Shown: positions 39,251-53,000 of the stretch, piece after piece
Layout of the letters: each line of letters opens with the position of its first letter
Position numbering within the stretch: the stretch's first letter is position 1
Origin: Nemertoderma westbladi
Lineage: Eukaryota; Animalia; Xenacoelomorpha
Direction of reading: 5' to 3'
DNA: 64,000 nt
NCBI GenBank assembly: GCA_032718475.1
Contig: JAUCBJ010006317.1
Location: 1 to 64,000 of the forward strand
Notes under the pieces: model-generated
Seen by the model: only the letters and a program-made list of their open reading frames with translations
The model's database searches: none
What the model was told of the DNA's origin: nothing
Program-made: the position numbers and the translations under genes

Positions 39251-41099
39251 TTAAACAAATAGCTGAGGTAGGTGAGTGGGACTGGTGTAAACAAATAGCT
39301 GAGGTAGGTGAGTGGAACTGGTGTAAACAAATAGCTGAGGTAGGTGAGTGGGACTGGTGTAAACAAATAGCTGAGGTAGGTGAGTGGAACTGGTGTAAAC
39401 AAATAGCTGAGGTATATGAGTGGGACTGGTGTAAACAAATAGCTGAGGTAGGTGAGTGGGACTGGTGTAAACAAATAGCTGAGGTAGGTGAGTGGGACTG
39501 GTGTAAACAAATAGCTGAGGTAGGTGTGTGGGACTGGTGTAAACAAATAGCTGAGGTAGGTGAGTGGGACTGGTGTAAACAAATAGCCGAGGTAGGTGAG
39601 TGGGACTGGTGTAAACAAATAGCCGAGGTAGGTGTGTGGGACTGGTGTAAACAAATAGCTGAGGTAGGTGAGTGGGACTGGTGTAAACAAATAGCTGAGG
39701 TAGGTGAGTGGGACTGGTGTAAACAAATAGCTGAGGTAGGTGAGTGGGACTGGTGTAAACAAATAGCTGAGGTAGGTGAGTGGAACTGGTGTAAACAAAT
39801 AGCTGAGGTATATGAGTGGGACTGGTGTAAACAAATAGCTGAGGTAGGTGAGTGGGACTGGTGTAAACAAATAGCTGAGGTAGGTGAGTGGGACTGGTGT
39901 AAACAAATAGCTGAGGTAGGTGTGTGGGACTGGTGTAAACAAATAGCTGAGGTAGGTGAGTGGGACTGGTGTAAACAAATAGCCGAGGTAGGTGAGTGGG
40001 ACTGGTGTAAACAAATAGCCGAGGTAGGTGAGTGGGACTGGTGTAAACAAATAGCTGAGGTAGGTGAGTGGGACTGGTGTAAACAAATAGCTGAGGTAGG
40101 TGAGTGGGACTGGTGTAAACAAATAGCTGAGGTAGGTGAGTGGGACTGGTGTAAACAAATAGCTGAGGTAGGTGAGTGGGACTGGTGTAAACAAATAGCT
40201 GAGGTAGGTGAGTGGGACTGGTGTAAACAAATAGCTGAGGTAGGTGAGTGGGACTGGTGTAAACAAATAGCCGAGGTAGGTGTGTGGGACTGGTGTAAAC
40301 AAATAGCTGAGGTAGGTGAGTGGGACTGGTGTAAACAAATAGCTGAGGTAGGTGAGTGGGACTGGTGTAAACAAATAGCTGAGGTAGGTGAGTGGGACTG
40401 GTGTAAACAAATAGCTGAGGTAGGTGAGTGGGACTGGTGTAAACAAATAGCTGAGGTAGGTGAGTGGGACTGGTGTAAACAAATAGCTGAGGTAGGTGAG
40501 TGGGACTGGTGTAAACAAATAGCTGAGGTAGGTCTGTGGGACTGGTGTAAACAAATAGCTGAGGTAGGTGAGTGGGACTGGTGTAAACAAATAGCTGAGG
40601 TAGGTGAGTGGGACTGGTGTAAACAAATAGCTGAGGTAGGTGAGTGGAACTGGTGTAAACAAATAGCTGAGGTATATGAGTGGGACTGGTGTAAACAAAT
40701 AGCTGAGGTAGGTGAGTGGGACTGGTGTAAACAAATAGCTGAGGTAGGTGAGTGGGACTGGTGTAAACAAATAGCTGAGGTAGGTGTGTGGGACTGGTGT
40801 AAACAAATAGCTGAGGTAGGTGAGTGGGACTGGTGTAAACAAATAGCCGAGGTAGGTGAGTGGGACTGGTGTAAACAAATAGCCGAGGTAGGTGAGTGGG
40901 ACTGGTGTAAACAAATAGCTGAGGTAGGTGAGTGGGACTGGTGTAAACAAATAGCTGAGGTAGGTGAGTGGGACTGGTGTAAACAAATAGCTGAGGTAGG
41001 TGAGTGGGACTGGTGTAAACAAATAGCTGAGGTAGGTGAGTGGGACTGGTGTAAACAAATAGCTGAGGTAGGTGAGTGGGACTGGTGTAAACAAATAGC

Positions 41100-44000
41100 C
41101 GAGGTAGGTGAGTGGGACTGTTGTAAACAAATAGCTGAGGTAGGTGAGTGGGACTGGTGTAAACAAATAGCTGAGGTAGGTGAGTGGGACTGGTGTAAAC
41201 AAATAGCTGAGGTAGGTGAGTGGGACTGGTGTAAACAAATAGCCGAGGTAGGTGAGTGGGACTGTTGTAAACAAATAGCTGAGGTAGGTGAGTGGGACTG
41301 GTGTAAACAAATAGCTGAGGTAGGGGAGTGGGACTGGTGTAAACAAATAGCCGAGGTAGGTGAGTGGGACTGGTGTAAACAAATAGATGAGGTAGGTGAG
41401 TGGGACTGGTGTAAACAAATAGCTGAGGTAGGTGAGTGGGACTGGTGTAAACAAATAGCCGAGGTAGGTGTGTGGGACTGGTGTAAACAAATAGCCGAGG
41501 TAGGTGAGTGGGACTGGTGTAAACAAATAGCCGAGGTAGGTGAGTGGGACTGGTGTAAACAAATAGCTGAGGTAGGTGAGTGGGACTGGTGTAAACAAAT
41601 AGCCGAGGTAGGTGTGTGGGACTGGTGTAAACAAATAGCCGAGGTAGGTGAGTGGGACTGGTGTAAACAAATAGCCGAGGTAGGTGTGTAGGACTGGTGT
41701 AAACAAATAGCTGAGGTAGGTGAGTGGGACTGGTGTAAACAAATAGCTGAGGTAGGTGAGTGGGACTGGTGTAAACAAATAGCCGAGGTAGGTGTGTGGG
41801 ACTGGTGTAAACAAATAGCTGAGGTAGGTGAGTGGGACTGGTGTAAACAAATAGCTGAGGTTGGTGAGTGGGACTGGTGTAAACAAATAGCTGAGGTAGG
41901 TGTGTGGGACTGGTGTAAACAAATAGCTGAGGTAGGTGAGTGGGACTGGTGTAAACAAATAGCCGAGGTAGGTGAGTGGGACTGGTGTAAACAAATAGCC
42001 GTGGTACAGTTAGTAGGTGAGTGGGAGTGGTGTAAACAAATAGTTGAGGTAGGTGAGTGGGAGTGGTGTAAACAAATAGCTGAGGTAGGTGAGTGGGAGT
42101 GGTGTAAACAAATAGCCGAGGTAGGTGTGTGGGACTGGTGTAAACAAATAGCTGAGGTAGGTGATTGGGACTGGTGTAAACAAATAGCTGAGGTAGGTGA
42201 GTGGGACTGGTGTAAACAAATAGCTGAGGTAGGTGAGTGGGACTGGTGTAAACAAATAGCTGAGGTAGGTGAGTGGGACTGGTGTAAACAAATAGCTGAG
42301 GTAGGTGAGTGGGACTGGTGTAAACAAATAGCCGAGGTAGGTGTGTGGGACTGGTGTAGACAATTAGCCGAGGTAGGTGAGTGGGACTGGTGTAAACAAA
42401 TAGCTGAGGTAGGTGAGTGGGACTGGTGTAAACAAATAGCTGAGGTAGGTGAGTGGGACTGGTGTAAACAAATAGCCGAGGTAGGTGAGTGGGACTGGTG
42501 TAAACAAATAGCTGAGGTAGGTGAGTGGGACTGGTGTAAACAAATAGCTGAGGTAGGTGAGTGGGACTGGTGTAAACAAATAGCCGAGGTAGGTGAGTGG
42601 GACTGGTGTAAACAAATAGCCGAGGTACAGTTAGTAGGTGAGTGGGAGTGGTGTAAACAAATAGTTGAGGTAGGTGAGTGGGAGTGGTGTAAACAAATAG
42701 CTGAGGTAGGTGAGTGGGAGTGGTGTAAACAAATAGCCGAGGTAGGTGTGTGGGACTGGTGTAAACAAATAGCTGAGGTAGGTGATTGGGACTGGTGTAA
42801 ACAAATAGCTGAGGTAGGTGAGTGGGACTGGTGTAAACAAATAGCTGAGGTAGGTGAGTGGGACTGGTGTAAACAAATAGCCGAGGTAGGTGAGTGGGAC
42901 TGGTGTAAACAAATAGCCGAGGTACAGTTAGTAGGTGAGTGGGAGTGGTGTAAACAAATAGCCGAGGTAGGTGTGTGGGACTGGTGTAGACAATTAGCCG
43001 AGGTAGGTGAGTGGGACTGGTGTAAACAAATAGCTGAGGTAGGTGATTGGGACTGGTGTAAACAAATAGCTGAGGTAGGTGAGTGAGACTGGTGTAAACA
43101 AATAGCCGAGGTAGGTGTGTGGGATTGGTGTAAACAAATAGCCGAGGTAGGTGAGTGGGACTGGTGTAAACAAATAGCTGAGGTAGGTGAGTGGGACTGG
43201 TGTAAACAAATAGCTGATGTAGGTGAGTGGGACTGGTGTAAACAAATAGCTGAGGTAGGTGAGTGGGACTGGTGTAAACAAATAGCCGAGGTAGGTGAGT
43301 GGGACTGGTGTAAACAAATAGCTGAGGTAGGTGAGTGGGACTGGTGTAAACAAATAGCTGAGGTAGGTCTGTGGGACTGGTGTAAACAAATAGCTGAGGT
43401 AGGTGAGTGGGACTGGTGTAAACAAATAGCTGAGGTAGGTGAGTGGGACTGGTGTAAACAAATAGCTGAGGTAGGTGAGTGGAACTGGTGTAAACAAATA
43501 GCTGAGGTATATGAGTGGGACTGGTGTAAACAAATAGCTGAGGTAGGTGAGTGGGACTGGTGTAAACAAATAGCTGAGGTAGGTGAGTGGGACTGGTGTA
43601 AACAAATAGCTGAGGTAGGTGTGTGGGACTGGTGTAAACAAATAGCTGAGGTAGGTGAGTGGGACTGGTGTAAACAAATAGCTGAGGTAGGTGAGTGGAA
43701 CTGGTGTAAACAAATAGCTGAGGTAGGTGAGTGGGACTGGTGTAAACAAATAGCTGAGGTAGGTGAGTGGGACTGGTGTAAACAAATAGCTGAGGTAGGT
43801 GAGTGGAACTGGTGTAAACAAATAGCTGAGGTATATGAGTGGGACTGGTGTAAACAAATAGCTGAGGTAGGTGAGTGGGACTGGTGTAAACAAATAGCTG
43901 AGGTAGGTGAGTGGGACTGGTGTAAACAAATAGCTGAGGTAGGTGTGTGGGACTGGTGTAAACAAATAGCTGAGGTAGGTGAGTGGGACTGGTGTAAACA

Positions 44001-47000
44001 AATAGCCGAGGTAGGTGAGTGGGACTGGTGTAAACAAATAGCCGAGGTAGGTGAGTGGGACTGGTGTAAACAAATAGCTGAGGTAGGTGAGTGGGACTGG
44101 TGTAAACAAATAGCTGAGGTAGGTGAGTGGGACTGGTGTAAACAAATAGCTGAGGTAGGTGAGTGGGACTGGTGTAAACAAATAGCTGAGGTAGGTGAGT
44201 GGGACTGGTGTAAACAAATAGCTGAGGTAGGTGAGTGGGACTGGTGTAAACAAATAGCTGAGGTAGGTGAGTGGGACTGGTGTAAACAAATAGCCGAGGT
44301 AGGTGTGTGGGACTGGTGTAAACAAATAGCTGAGGTAGGTGAGTGGGACTGGTGTAAACAAATAGCTGAGGTAGGTGAGTGGGACTGGTGTAAACAAATA
44401 GCTGAGGTAGGTGAGTGGGACTGGTGTAAACAAATAGCTGAGGTAGGTGAGTGGGACTGGTGTAAACAAATAGCTGAGGTAGGTGAGTGGGACTGGTGTA
44501 AACAAATAGCTGAGGTAGGTGAGTGGGACTGGTGTAAACAAATAGCTGAGGTAGGTCTGTGGGACTGGTGTAAACAAATAGCTGAGGTAGGTGAGTGGGA
44601 CTGGTGTAAACAAATAGCTGAGGTAGGTGAGTGGGACTGGTGTAAACAAATAGCTGAGGTAGGTGAGTGGAACTGGTGTAAACAAATAGCTGAGGTATAT
44701 GAGTGGGACTGGTGTAAACAAATAGCTGAGGTAGGTGAGTGGGACTGGTGTAAACAAATAGCTGAGGTAGGTGAGTGGGACTGGTGTAAACAAATAGCTG
44801 AGGTAGGTGTGTGGGACTGGTGTAAACAAATAGCTGAGGTAGGTGAGTGGGACTGGTGTAAACAAATAGCCGAGGTAGGTGAGTGGGACTGGTGTAAACA
44901 AATAGCCGAGGTAGGTGAGTGGGACTGGTGTAAACAAATAGCTGAGGTAGGTGAGTGGGACTGGTGTAAACAAATAGCTGAGGTAGGTGAGTGGGACTGG
45001 TGTAAACAAATAGCTGAGGTAGGTGAGTGGGACTGGTGTAAACAAATAGCTGAGGTAGGTGAGTGGGACTGGTGTAAACAAATAGCTGAGGTAGGTGAGT
45101 GGGACTGGTGTAAACAAATAGCCGAGGTAGGTGAGTGGGACTGTTGTAAACAAATAGCTGAGGTAGGTGAGTGGGACTGGTGTAAACAAATAGCTGAGGT
45201 AGGTGAGTGGGACTGGTGTAAACAAATAGCTGAGGTAGGTGAGTGGGACTGGTGTAAACAAATAGCCGAGGTAGGTGAGTGGGACTGGTGTAAACAAATA
45301 GATGAGGTAGGTGAGTGGGACTGGTGTAAACAAATAGCTGAGGTAGGTGAGTGGGACTGGTGTAAACAAATAGCCGAGGTAGGTGTGTGGGACTGGTGTA
45401 AACAAATAGCCGAGGTAGGTGAGTGGGACTGGTGTAAACAAATAGCCGAGGTAGGTGAGTGGGACTGGTGTAAACAAATAGCTGAGGTAGGTGAGTGGGA
45501 CTGGTGTAAACAAATAGCCGAGGTAGGTGTGTGGGACTGGTGTAAACAAATAGCCGAGGTAGGTGAGTGGGACTGGTGTAAACAAATAGCCGAGGTAGGT
45601 GTGTAGGACTGGTGTAAACAAATAGCTGAGGTAGGTGAGTGGGACTGGTGTAAACAAATAGCTGAGGTAGGTGAGTGGGACTGGTGTAAACAAATAGCCG
45701 AGGTAGGTGTGTGGGACTGGTGTAAACAAATAGCTGAGGTAGGTGAGTGGGACTGGTGTAAACAAATAGCTGAGGTTGGTGAGTGGGACTGGTGTAAACA
45801 AATAGCTGAGGTAGGTGTGTGGGACTGGTGTAAACAAATAGCTGAGGTAGGTGAGTGGGACTGGTGTAAACAAATAGCCGAGGTAGGTGAGTGGGACTGG
45901 TGTAAACAAATAGCCGAGGTACAGTTAGTAGGTGAGTGGGAGTGGTGTAAACAAATAGTTGAGGTAGGTGAGTGGGAGTGGTGTAAACAAATAGCTGAGG
46001 TAGGTGAGTGGGAGTGGTGTAAACAAATAGCCGAGGTAGGTGATTGGGACTGGTGTAAACAAATAGCTGAGGTAGGTGAGTGGGACTGGTGTAAACAAAT
46101 AGCTGAGGTAGGTGAGTGGGACTGGTGTAAACAAATAGCTGAGGTAGGTGAGTGGGACTGGTGTAAACAAATAGCTGAGGTAGGTGAGTGGGACTGGTGT
46201 AAACAAATAGCCGAGGTAGGTGTGTGGGACTGGTGTAGACAATTAGCCGAGGTAGGTGAGTGGGACTGGTGTAAACAAATAGCTGAGGTAGGTGAGTGGG
46301 ACTGGTGTAAACAAATAGCTGAGGTAGGTGAGTGGGACTGGTGTAAACAAATAGCCGAGGTAGGTGAGTGGGACTGGTGTAAACAAATAGCTGAGGTAGG
46401 TGAGTGGGACTGGTGTAAACAAATAGCTGAGGTAGGTGAGTGGGACTGGTGTAAACAAATAGCCGAGGTAGGTGAGTGGGACTGGTGTAAACAAATAGCC
46501 GAGGTACAGTTAGTAGGTGAGTGGGAGTGGTGTAAACAAATAGTTGAGGTAGGTGAGTGGGAGTGGTGTAAACAAATAGCTGAGGTAGGTGAGTGGGAGT
46601 GGTGTAAACAAATAGCCGAGGTAGGTGTGTGGGACTGGTGTAAACAAATAGCTGAGGTAGGTGATTGGGACTGGTGTAAACAAATAGCTGAGGTAGGTGA
46701 GTGGGACTGGTGTAAACAAATAGCTGAGGTAGGTGAGTGGGACTGGTGTAAACAAATAGCCGAGGTAGGTGAGTGGGACTGGTGTAAACAAATAGCCGAG
46801 GTACAGTTAGTAGGTGAGTGGGAGTGGTGTAAACAAATAGCCGAGGTAGGTGTGTGGGACTGGTGTAGACAATTAGCCGAGGTAGGTGAGTGGGACTGGT
46901 GTAAACAAATAGCTGAGGTAGGTGATTGGGACTGGTGTAAACAAATAGCTGAGGTAGGTGAGTGGGACTGGTGTAAACAAATAGCCGAGGTAGGTGTGTG

Positions 47001-50000
47001 GGATTGGTGTAAACAAATAGCCGAGGAAGGTGAGTGGGACTGGTGTAAACAAATAGCTGAGGTAGGTGAGTGGGACTGGTGTAAACAAATAGCTGAGGTA
47101 GGTGAGTGGGACTGGTGTAAACAAATAGCTGAGGTAGGTGAGTGGGACTGGTGTAAACAAATAGCCGAGGTAGGTGAGTGGGACTGGTGTAAACAAATAG
47201 CTGAGGTAGGTGAGTGGGACTGGTGTAAACAAATAGCTGAGGTAGGTCTGTGGGACTGGTGTAAACAAATAGCTGAGGTAGGTGAGTGGGACTGGTGTAA
47301 ACAAATAGCTGAGGTAGGTGAGTGGGACTGGTGTAAACAAATAGCTGAGGTAGGTGAGTGGAACTGGTGTAAACAAATAGCTGAGGTATATGAGTGGGAC
47401 TGGTGTAAACAAATAGCTGAGGTAGGTGAGTGGGACTGGTGTAAACAAATAGCTGAGGTAGGTGAGTGGGACTGGTGTAAACAAATAGCTGAGGTAGGTG
47501 TGTGGGACTGGTGTAAACAAATAGCTGAGGTAGGTGAGTGGGACTGGTGTAAACAAATAGCCGAGGTAGGTGAGTGGGACTGGTGTAAACAAATAGCCGA
47601 GGTAGGTGAGTGGGACTGGTGTAAACAAATAGCTGAGGTAGGTGAGTGGGACTGGTGTAAACAAATAGCTGAGGTAGGTGAGTGGGACTGGTGTAAACAA
47701 ATAGCTGAGGTAGGTGAGTGGGACTGGTGTAAACAAATAGCTGAGGTAGGTGAGTGGGACTGGTGTAAACAAATAGCTGAGGTAGGTGAGTGGGACTGGT
47801 GTAAACAAATAGCTGAGGTAGGTGAGTGGGACTGGTGTAAACAAATAGCTGAGGTAGGTGTGTGGGACTGGTGTAAACAAATAGCCGAGGTAGGTGAGTG
47901 GGACTGTTGTAAACAAATAGCTGAGGTAGGTGTGTGGGACTGGTGTAAACAAATAGCCGAGGTAGGTGAGTGGGACTGGTGTAAACAAATAGCTGAGGTA
48001 GGTGAGTGGGACTGGTGTAAACAAATAGCTGAGGTAGGTGTGTGGGACTGGTGTAAACAAATAGCCGAGGTAGGTGAGTGGGACTGGTGTAAACAAATAG
48101 CTGAGGTAGGTGTGTGGGACTGGTGTAAACAAATAGCCGAGGTAGGTGAGTGGGACTGGTGTAAACAAATAGCTGAGGTAGGTGTGTGGGACTGGTGTAA
48201 ACAAATAGCCGAGGTAGGTGAGTGGGACTGTTGTAAACAAATAGCTGAGGTAGGTGAGTGGGTTTGGTGTAAACAAATAGCTGAGGTAGGTGAGTGGGAC
48301 TGGTGTAAACAAATAGCTGAGGTAGGTGAGTGGGACTGGTGTAAACAAATAGCCGAGGTAGGTGAGTGGGACTGTTGTAAACAAATAGCTGAGGTAGGTG
48401 AGTGGGACTGGTGTAAACAAATAGCTGAGGTAGGGGAGTGGGACTGGTGTAAACAAATAGCCGAGGTAGGTGAGTGGGACTGGTGTAAACAAATAGATGA
48501 GGTAGGTGAGTGGGACTGGTGTAAACAAATAGCTGAGGTAGGTGAGTGGGACTGGTGTAAACAAATAGCTGAGGTAGGTGTGTGGGACTGGTGTAAACAA
48601 ATAGCTGAGGTAGGTGAGTGGGACTGGTGTAAACAAATAGCTGAGGTAGGGGAGTGGGACTGGTGTAAACAAATAGCCGAGGTAGGTGAGTGGGACTGGT
48701 GTAAACAAATAGCCGAGGTAGGTGAGTGGGACTGGTGTAAACAAATAGCTGAGGTAGGTGAGTGGGACTGGTGTAAACAAATAGCTGAGGTAGGTGAGTG
48801 GGACTGGTGTAAACAAATAGCCGAGGTAGGTGTGTGGGACTGGTGTAAACAAATAGCCGAGGTAGGTGAGTGGGACTGGTGTAAACAAATAGCCGAGGTA
48901 GGTGAGTGGGACTGGTGTAAACAAATAGCTGAGGTAGGTGAGTGGGACTGGTGTAAACAAATAGCCGAGGTAGGTGTGTGGGACTGGTGTAAACAAATAG
49001 CCGAGGTAGGTGAGTGGGACTGGTGTAAACAAATAGCCGAGGTAGGTGTGTAGGACTGGTGTAAACAAATAGCTGAGGTAGGTGAGTGGGACTGGTGTAA
49101 ACAAATAGCTGAGGTAGGTGAGTGGGACTGGTGTAAACAAATAGCCGAGGTAGGTGTGTGGGACTGGTGTAAACAAATAGCTGAGGTAGGTGAGTGGGAC
49201 TGGTGTAAACAAATAGCTGAGGTAGGTGAGTGGGACTGGTGTAAACAAATAGCCGAGGTAGGTGAGTGGGACTGGTGTAAACAAATAGCCGAGGTACAGT
49301 TAGTAGGTGAGTGGGAGTGGTGTAAACAAATAGTTGAGGTAGGTGAGTGGGAGTGGTGTAAACAAATAGCTGAGGTAGGTGAGTGGGAGTGGTGTAAACA
49401 AATAGTTGAGGTAGGTGAGTGGGAGTGGTGTAAACAAATAGCTGAGGTAGGTGAGTGGGAGTGGTGTAAACAAATAGCCGAGGTAGGTGTGTGGGACTGG
49501 TGTAAACAAATAGCTGAGGTAGGTGATTGGGACTGGTGTAAACAAATAGCTGAGGTAGGTGAGTGGGACTGGTGTAAACAAATAGCTGAGGTAGGTGAGT
49601 GGGACTGATGTAAACAAATAGCTGAGGTAGGTGAGTGGGACTGGTGTAAACAAATAGCTGAGGTAGGTGAGTGGGAATGGTGTAAACAAATAGCTGAGGT
49701 AGGTGAGTGGGACTGGTGTAAACAAATAGCTGAGGTAGGTGTGTGGGATTGGTGTAAACAAATAGCTGAGGTAGGTGAGTGGGACTGGTGTAAACAAATA
49801 GCCGAGGTAGGTGAGTGGGACTGTTGTAAACAAATAGCTGAGGTAGGTGAGTGGGACTGGTGTAAACAAATAGCTGAGGTAGGTGAGTGGGACTGGTGTA
49901 AACAAATAGCTGAGGTAGGTGAGTGGGACTGGTGTAAACAAATAGCCGAGGTAGGTGAGTGGGACTGGTGTAAACAAATAGCTGAGGTAGGTGTGTGGGA

Positions 50001-53000
50001 CTGGTGTAAACAAATAGCTGAGGTAGGTGAGTGGGACTGGTGTAAACAAATAGCCGAGGTAGGTGAGTGGGACTGTTGTAAACAAATAGCTGAGGTAGGT
50101 GAGTGGGACTGGTGTAAACAAATAGCTGAGGTAGGTGAGTGGGACTGGTGTAAACAAATAGCTGAGGTAGGTGAGTGGGACTGGTGTAAACAAATAGCCG
50201 AGGTAGGTGAGTGGGACTGGTGTAAACAAATAGCCGAGGTAGGTGAGTGGGACTGGTGTAAACAAATAGCTGAGGTAGGTGAGTGGGACTGGTGTAAACA
50301 AATAGCTGAGGTAGGTGAGTGGGACTGGTGTAAACAAATAGCCGAGGTAGGTGAGTGGGACTGGTGTAAACAAATAGCTGAGGTAGGTGAGTGGGACTGG
50401 TGTAAACAAATAGCCGAGGTAGGTGAGTGGGACTGTTGTAAACAAATAGCTGAGGTAGGTGAGTGGGACTGGTGTAAACAAATAGCTGAGGTAGGGGAGT
50501 GGGACTGGTGTAAACAAATAGCCGAGGTAGGTGAGTGGGACTGGTGTAAACAAATAGATGAGGTAGGTGAGTGGGACTGGTGTAAACAAATAGCTGAGGT
50601 AGGTGAGTGGGACTGGTGTAAACAAATAGCCGAGGTAGGTGTGTGGGACTGGTGTAAACAAATAGCCGAGGTAGGTGAGTGGGACTGGTGTAAACAAATA
50701 GCCGAGGTAGGTGAGTGGGACTGGTGTAAACAAATAGCTGAGGTAGGTGAGTGGGACTGGTGTAAACAAATAGCCGAGGTAGGTGTGTGGGACTGGTGTA
50801 AACAAATAGCCGAGGTAGGTGAGTGGGACTGGTGTAAACAAATAGCCGAGGTAGGTGTGTAGGACTGGTGTAAACAAATAGCTGAGGTAGGTGAGTGGGA
50901 CTGGTGTAAACAAATAGCTGAGGTAGGTGAGTGGGACTGGTGTAAACAAATAGCCGAGGTAGGTGTGTGGGACTGGTGTAAACAAATAGCTGAGGTAGGT
51001 GAGTGGGACTGGTGTAAACAAATAGCTGAGGTAGGTGAGTGGGACTGGTGTAAACAAATAGCCGAGGTAGGTGAGTGGGACTGGTGTAAACAAATAGCCG
51101 AGGTACAGTTAGTAGGTGAGTGGGAGTGGTGTAAACAAATAGTTGAGGTAGGTGAGTGGGAGTGGTGTAAACAAATAGCTGAGGTAGGTGAGTGGGAGTG
51201 GTGTAAACAAATAGCCGAGGTAGGTGTGTGGGACTGGTGTAAACAAATAGCTGAGGTAGGTGATTGGGACTGGTGTAAACAAATAGCTGAGGTAGGTGAG
51301 TGGGACTGGTGTAAACAAATAGCTGAGGTAGGTGAGTGGGACTGGTGTAAACAAATAGCTGAGGTAGGTGAGTGGGACTGGTGTAAACAAATAGCTGAGG
51401 TAGGTGAGTGGGACTGGTGTAAACAAATAGCCGAGGTAGGTGTGTGGGACTGGTGTAGACAATTAGCCGAGGTAGGTGAGTGGGACTGGTGTAAACAAAT
51501 AGCTGAGGTAGGTGAGTGGGACTGGTGTAAACAAATAGCTGAGGTAGGTGAGTGGGACTGGTGAAAACAAATAGCCGAGGTAGGTGAGTGGGACTGGTGT
51601 AAACAAATAGCTGAGGTAGGTGAGTGGGACTGGTGTAAACAAATAGCTGAGGTAGGTGAGTGGGACTGGTGTAAACAAATAGCCGAGGTAGGTGAGTGGG
51701 ACTGGTGTAAACAAATAGCCGAGGTACAGTTAGTAGGTGAGTGGGAGTGGTGTAAACAAATAGTTGAGGTAGGTGAGTGGGAGTGGTGTAAACAAATAGC
51801 TGAGGTAGGTGAGTGGGAGTGGTGTAAACAAATAGCCGAGGTAGGTGTGTGGGACTGGTGTAAACAAATAGCTGAGGTAGGTGATTGGGACTGGTGTAAA
51901 CAAATAGCTGAGGTAGGTGAGTGGGACTGGTGTAAACAAATAGCTGAGGTAGGTGAGTGGGACTGGTGTAAACAAATAGCCGAGGTAGGTGAGTGGGACT
52001 GGTGTAAACAAATAGCCGAGGTACAGTTAGTAGGTGAGTGGGAGTGGTGTAAACAAATAGCCGAGGTAGGTGTGTGGGACTGGTGTAGACAATTAGCCGA
52101 GGTAGGTGAGTGGGACTGGTGTAAACAAATAGCTGAGGTAGGTGATTGGGACTGGTGTAAACAAATAGCTGAGGTAGGTGAGTGGGACTGGTGTAAACAA
52201 ATAGCTGAGGTAGGTGAGTGGGACTGGTGTAAACAAATAGCCGAGGTAGGTGAGTGGGACTGGTGTAAACAAATAGCTGAGGTAGGTGAGTGGGACTGGT
52301 GTAAACAAATAGCTGAGGTAGGTGAGTGGGACTGGTGTAAACAAATAGCCGAGGTAGGTGAGTGGGACTGGTGTAAACAAATAGCCGAGGTAGGTGAGTG
52401 GGACTGGTGTAAACAAATAGCCGAGGTAGGTGAGTGGGACTGGTGTAAACAAATAGCTGAGGTAGGTGAGTGGGACTGGTGTAAACAAATAGCCGAGGTA
52501 GGTGTGTGGGACTGGTGTAAACAAATAGCCGAGGTAGGTGAGTGGGACTGGTGTAAACAAATAGCCGAGGTAGGTGAGTAGGACTGGTGTAAACAAATAG
52601 CTGAGGTAGGTGAGTGGGACTGGTGTAAACAAATAGCTGAGGTAGGTGAGTGGGACTGGTGTAAACAAATAGCTGAGGTAGGTGTGTGGGACTGGTGTAA
52701 ACAAATAGCTGAGGTAGGTGAGTGGGACTGGTGTAAACAAATAGCTGAGGTAGGTGAGTGGGACTGGTGTAAACAAATAGCCGAGGTAGGTGAGTGGGAC
52801 TGGTGTAAACAAATAGCCGAGGTACAGTTAGTAGGTGAGTGGGAGTGGTGTAAACAAATAGTTGAGGTAGGTGAGTGGGAGTGGTGTAAACAAATAGCTG
52901 AGGTAGGTGAGTGGGAGTGGTGTAAACAAATAGCCGAGGTAGGTGTGTGGGACTGGTGTAAACAAATAGCTGAGGTAGGTGATTGGGACTGGTGTAAACA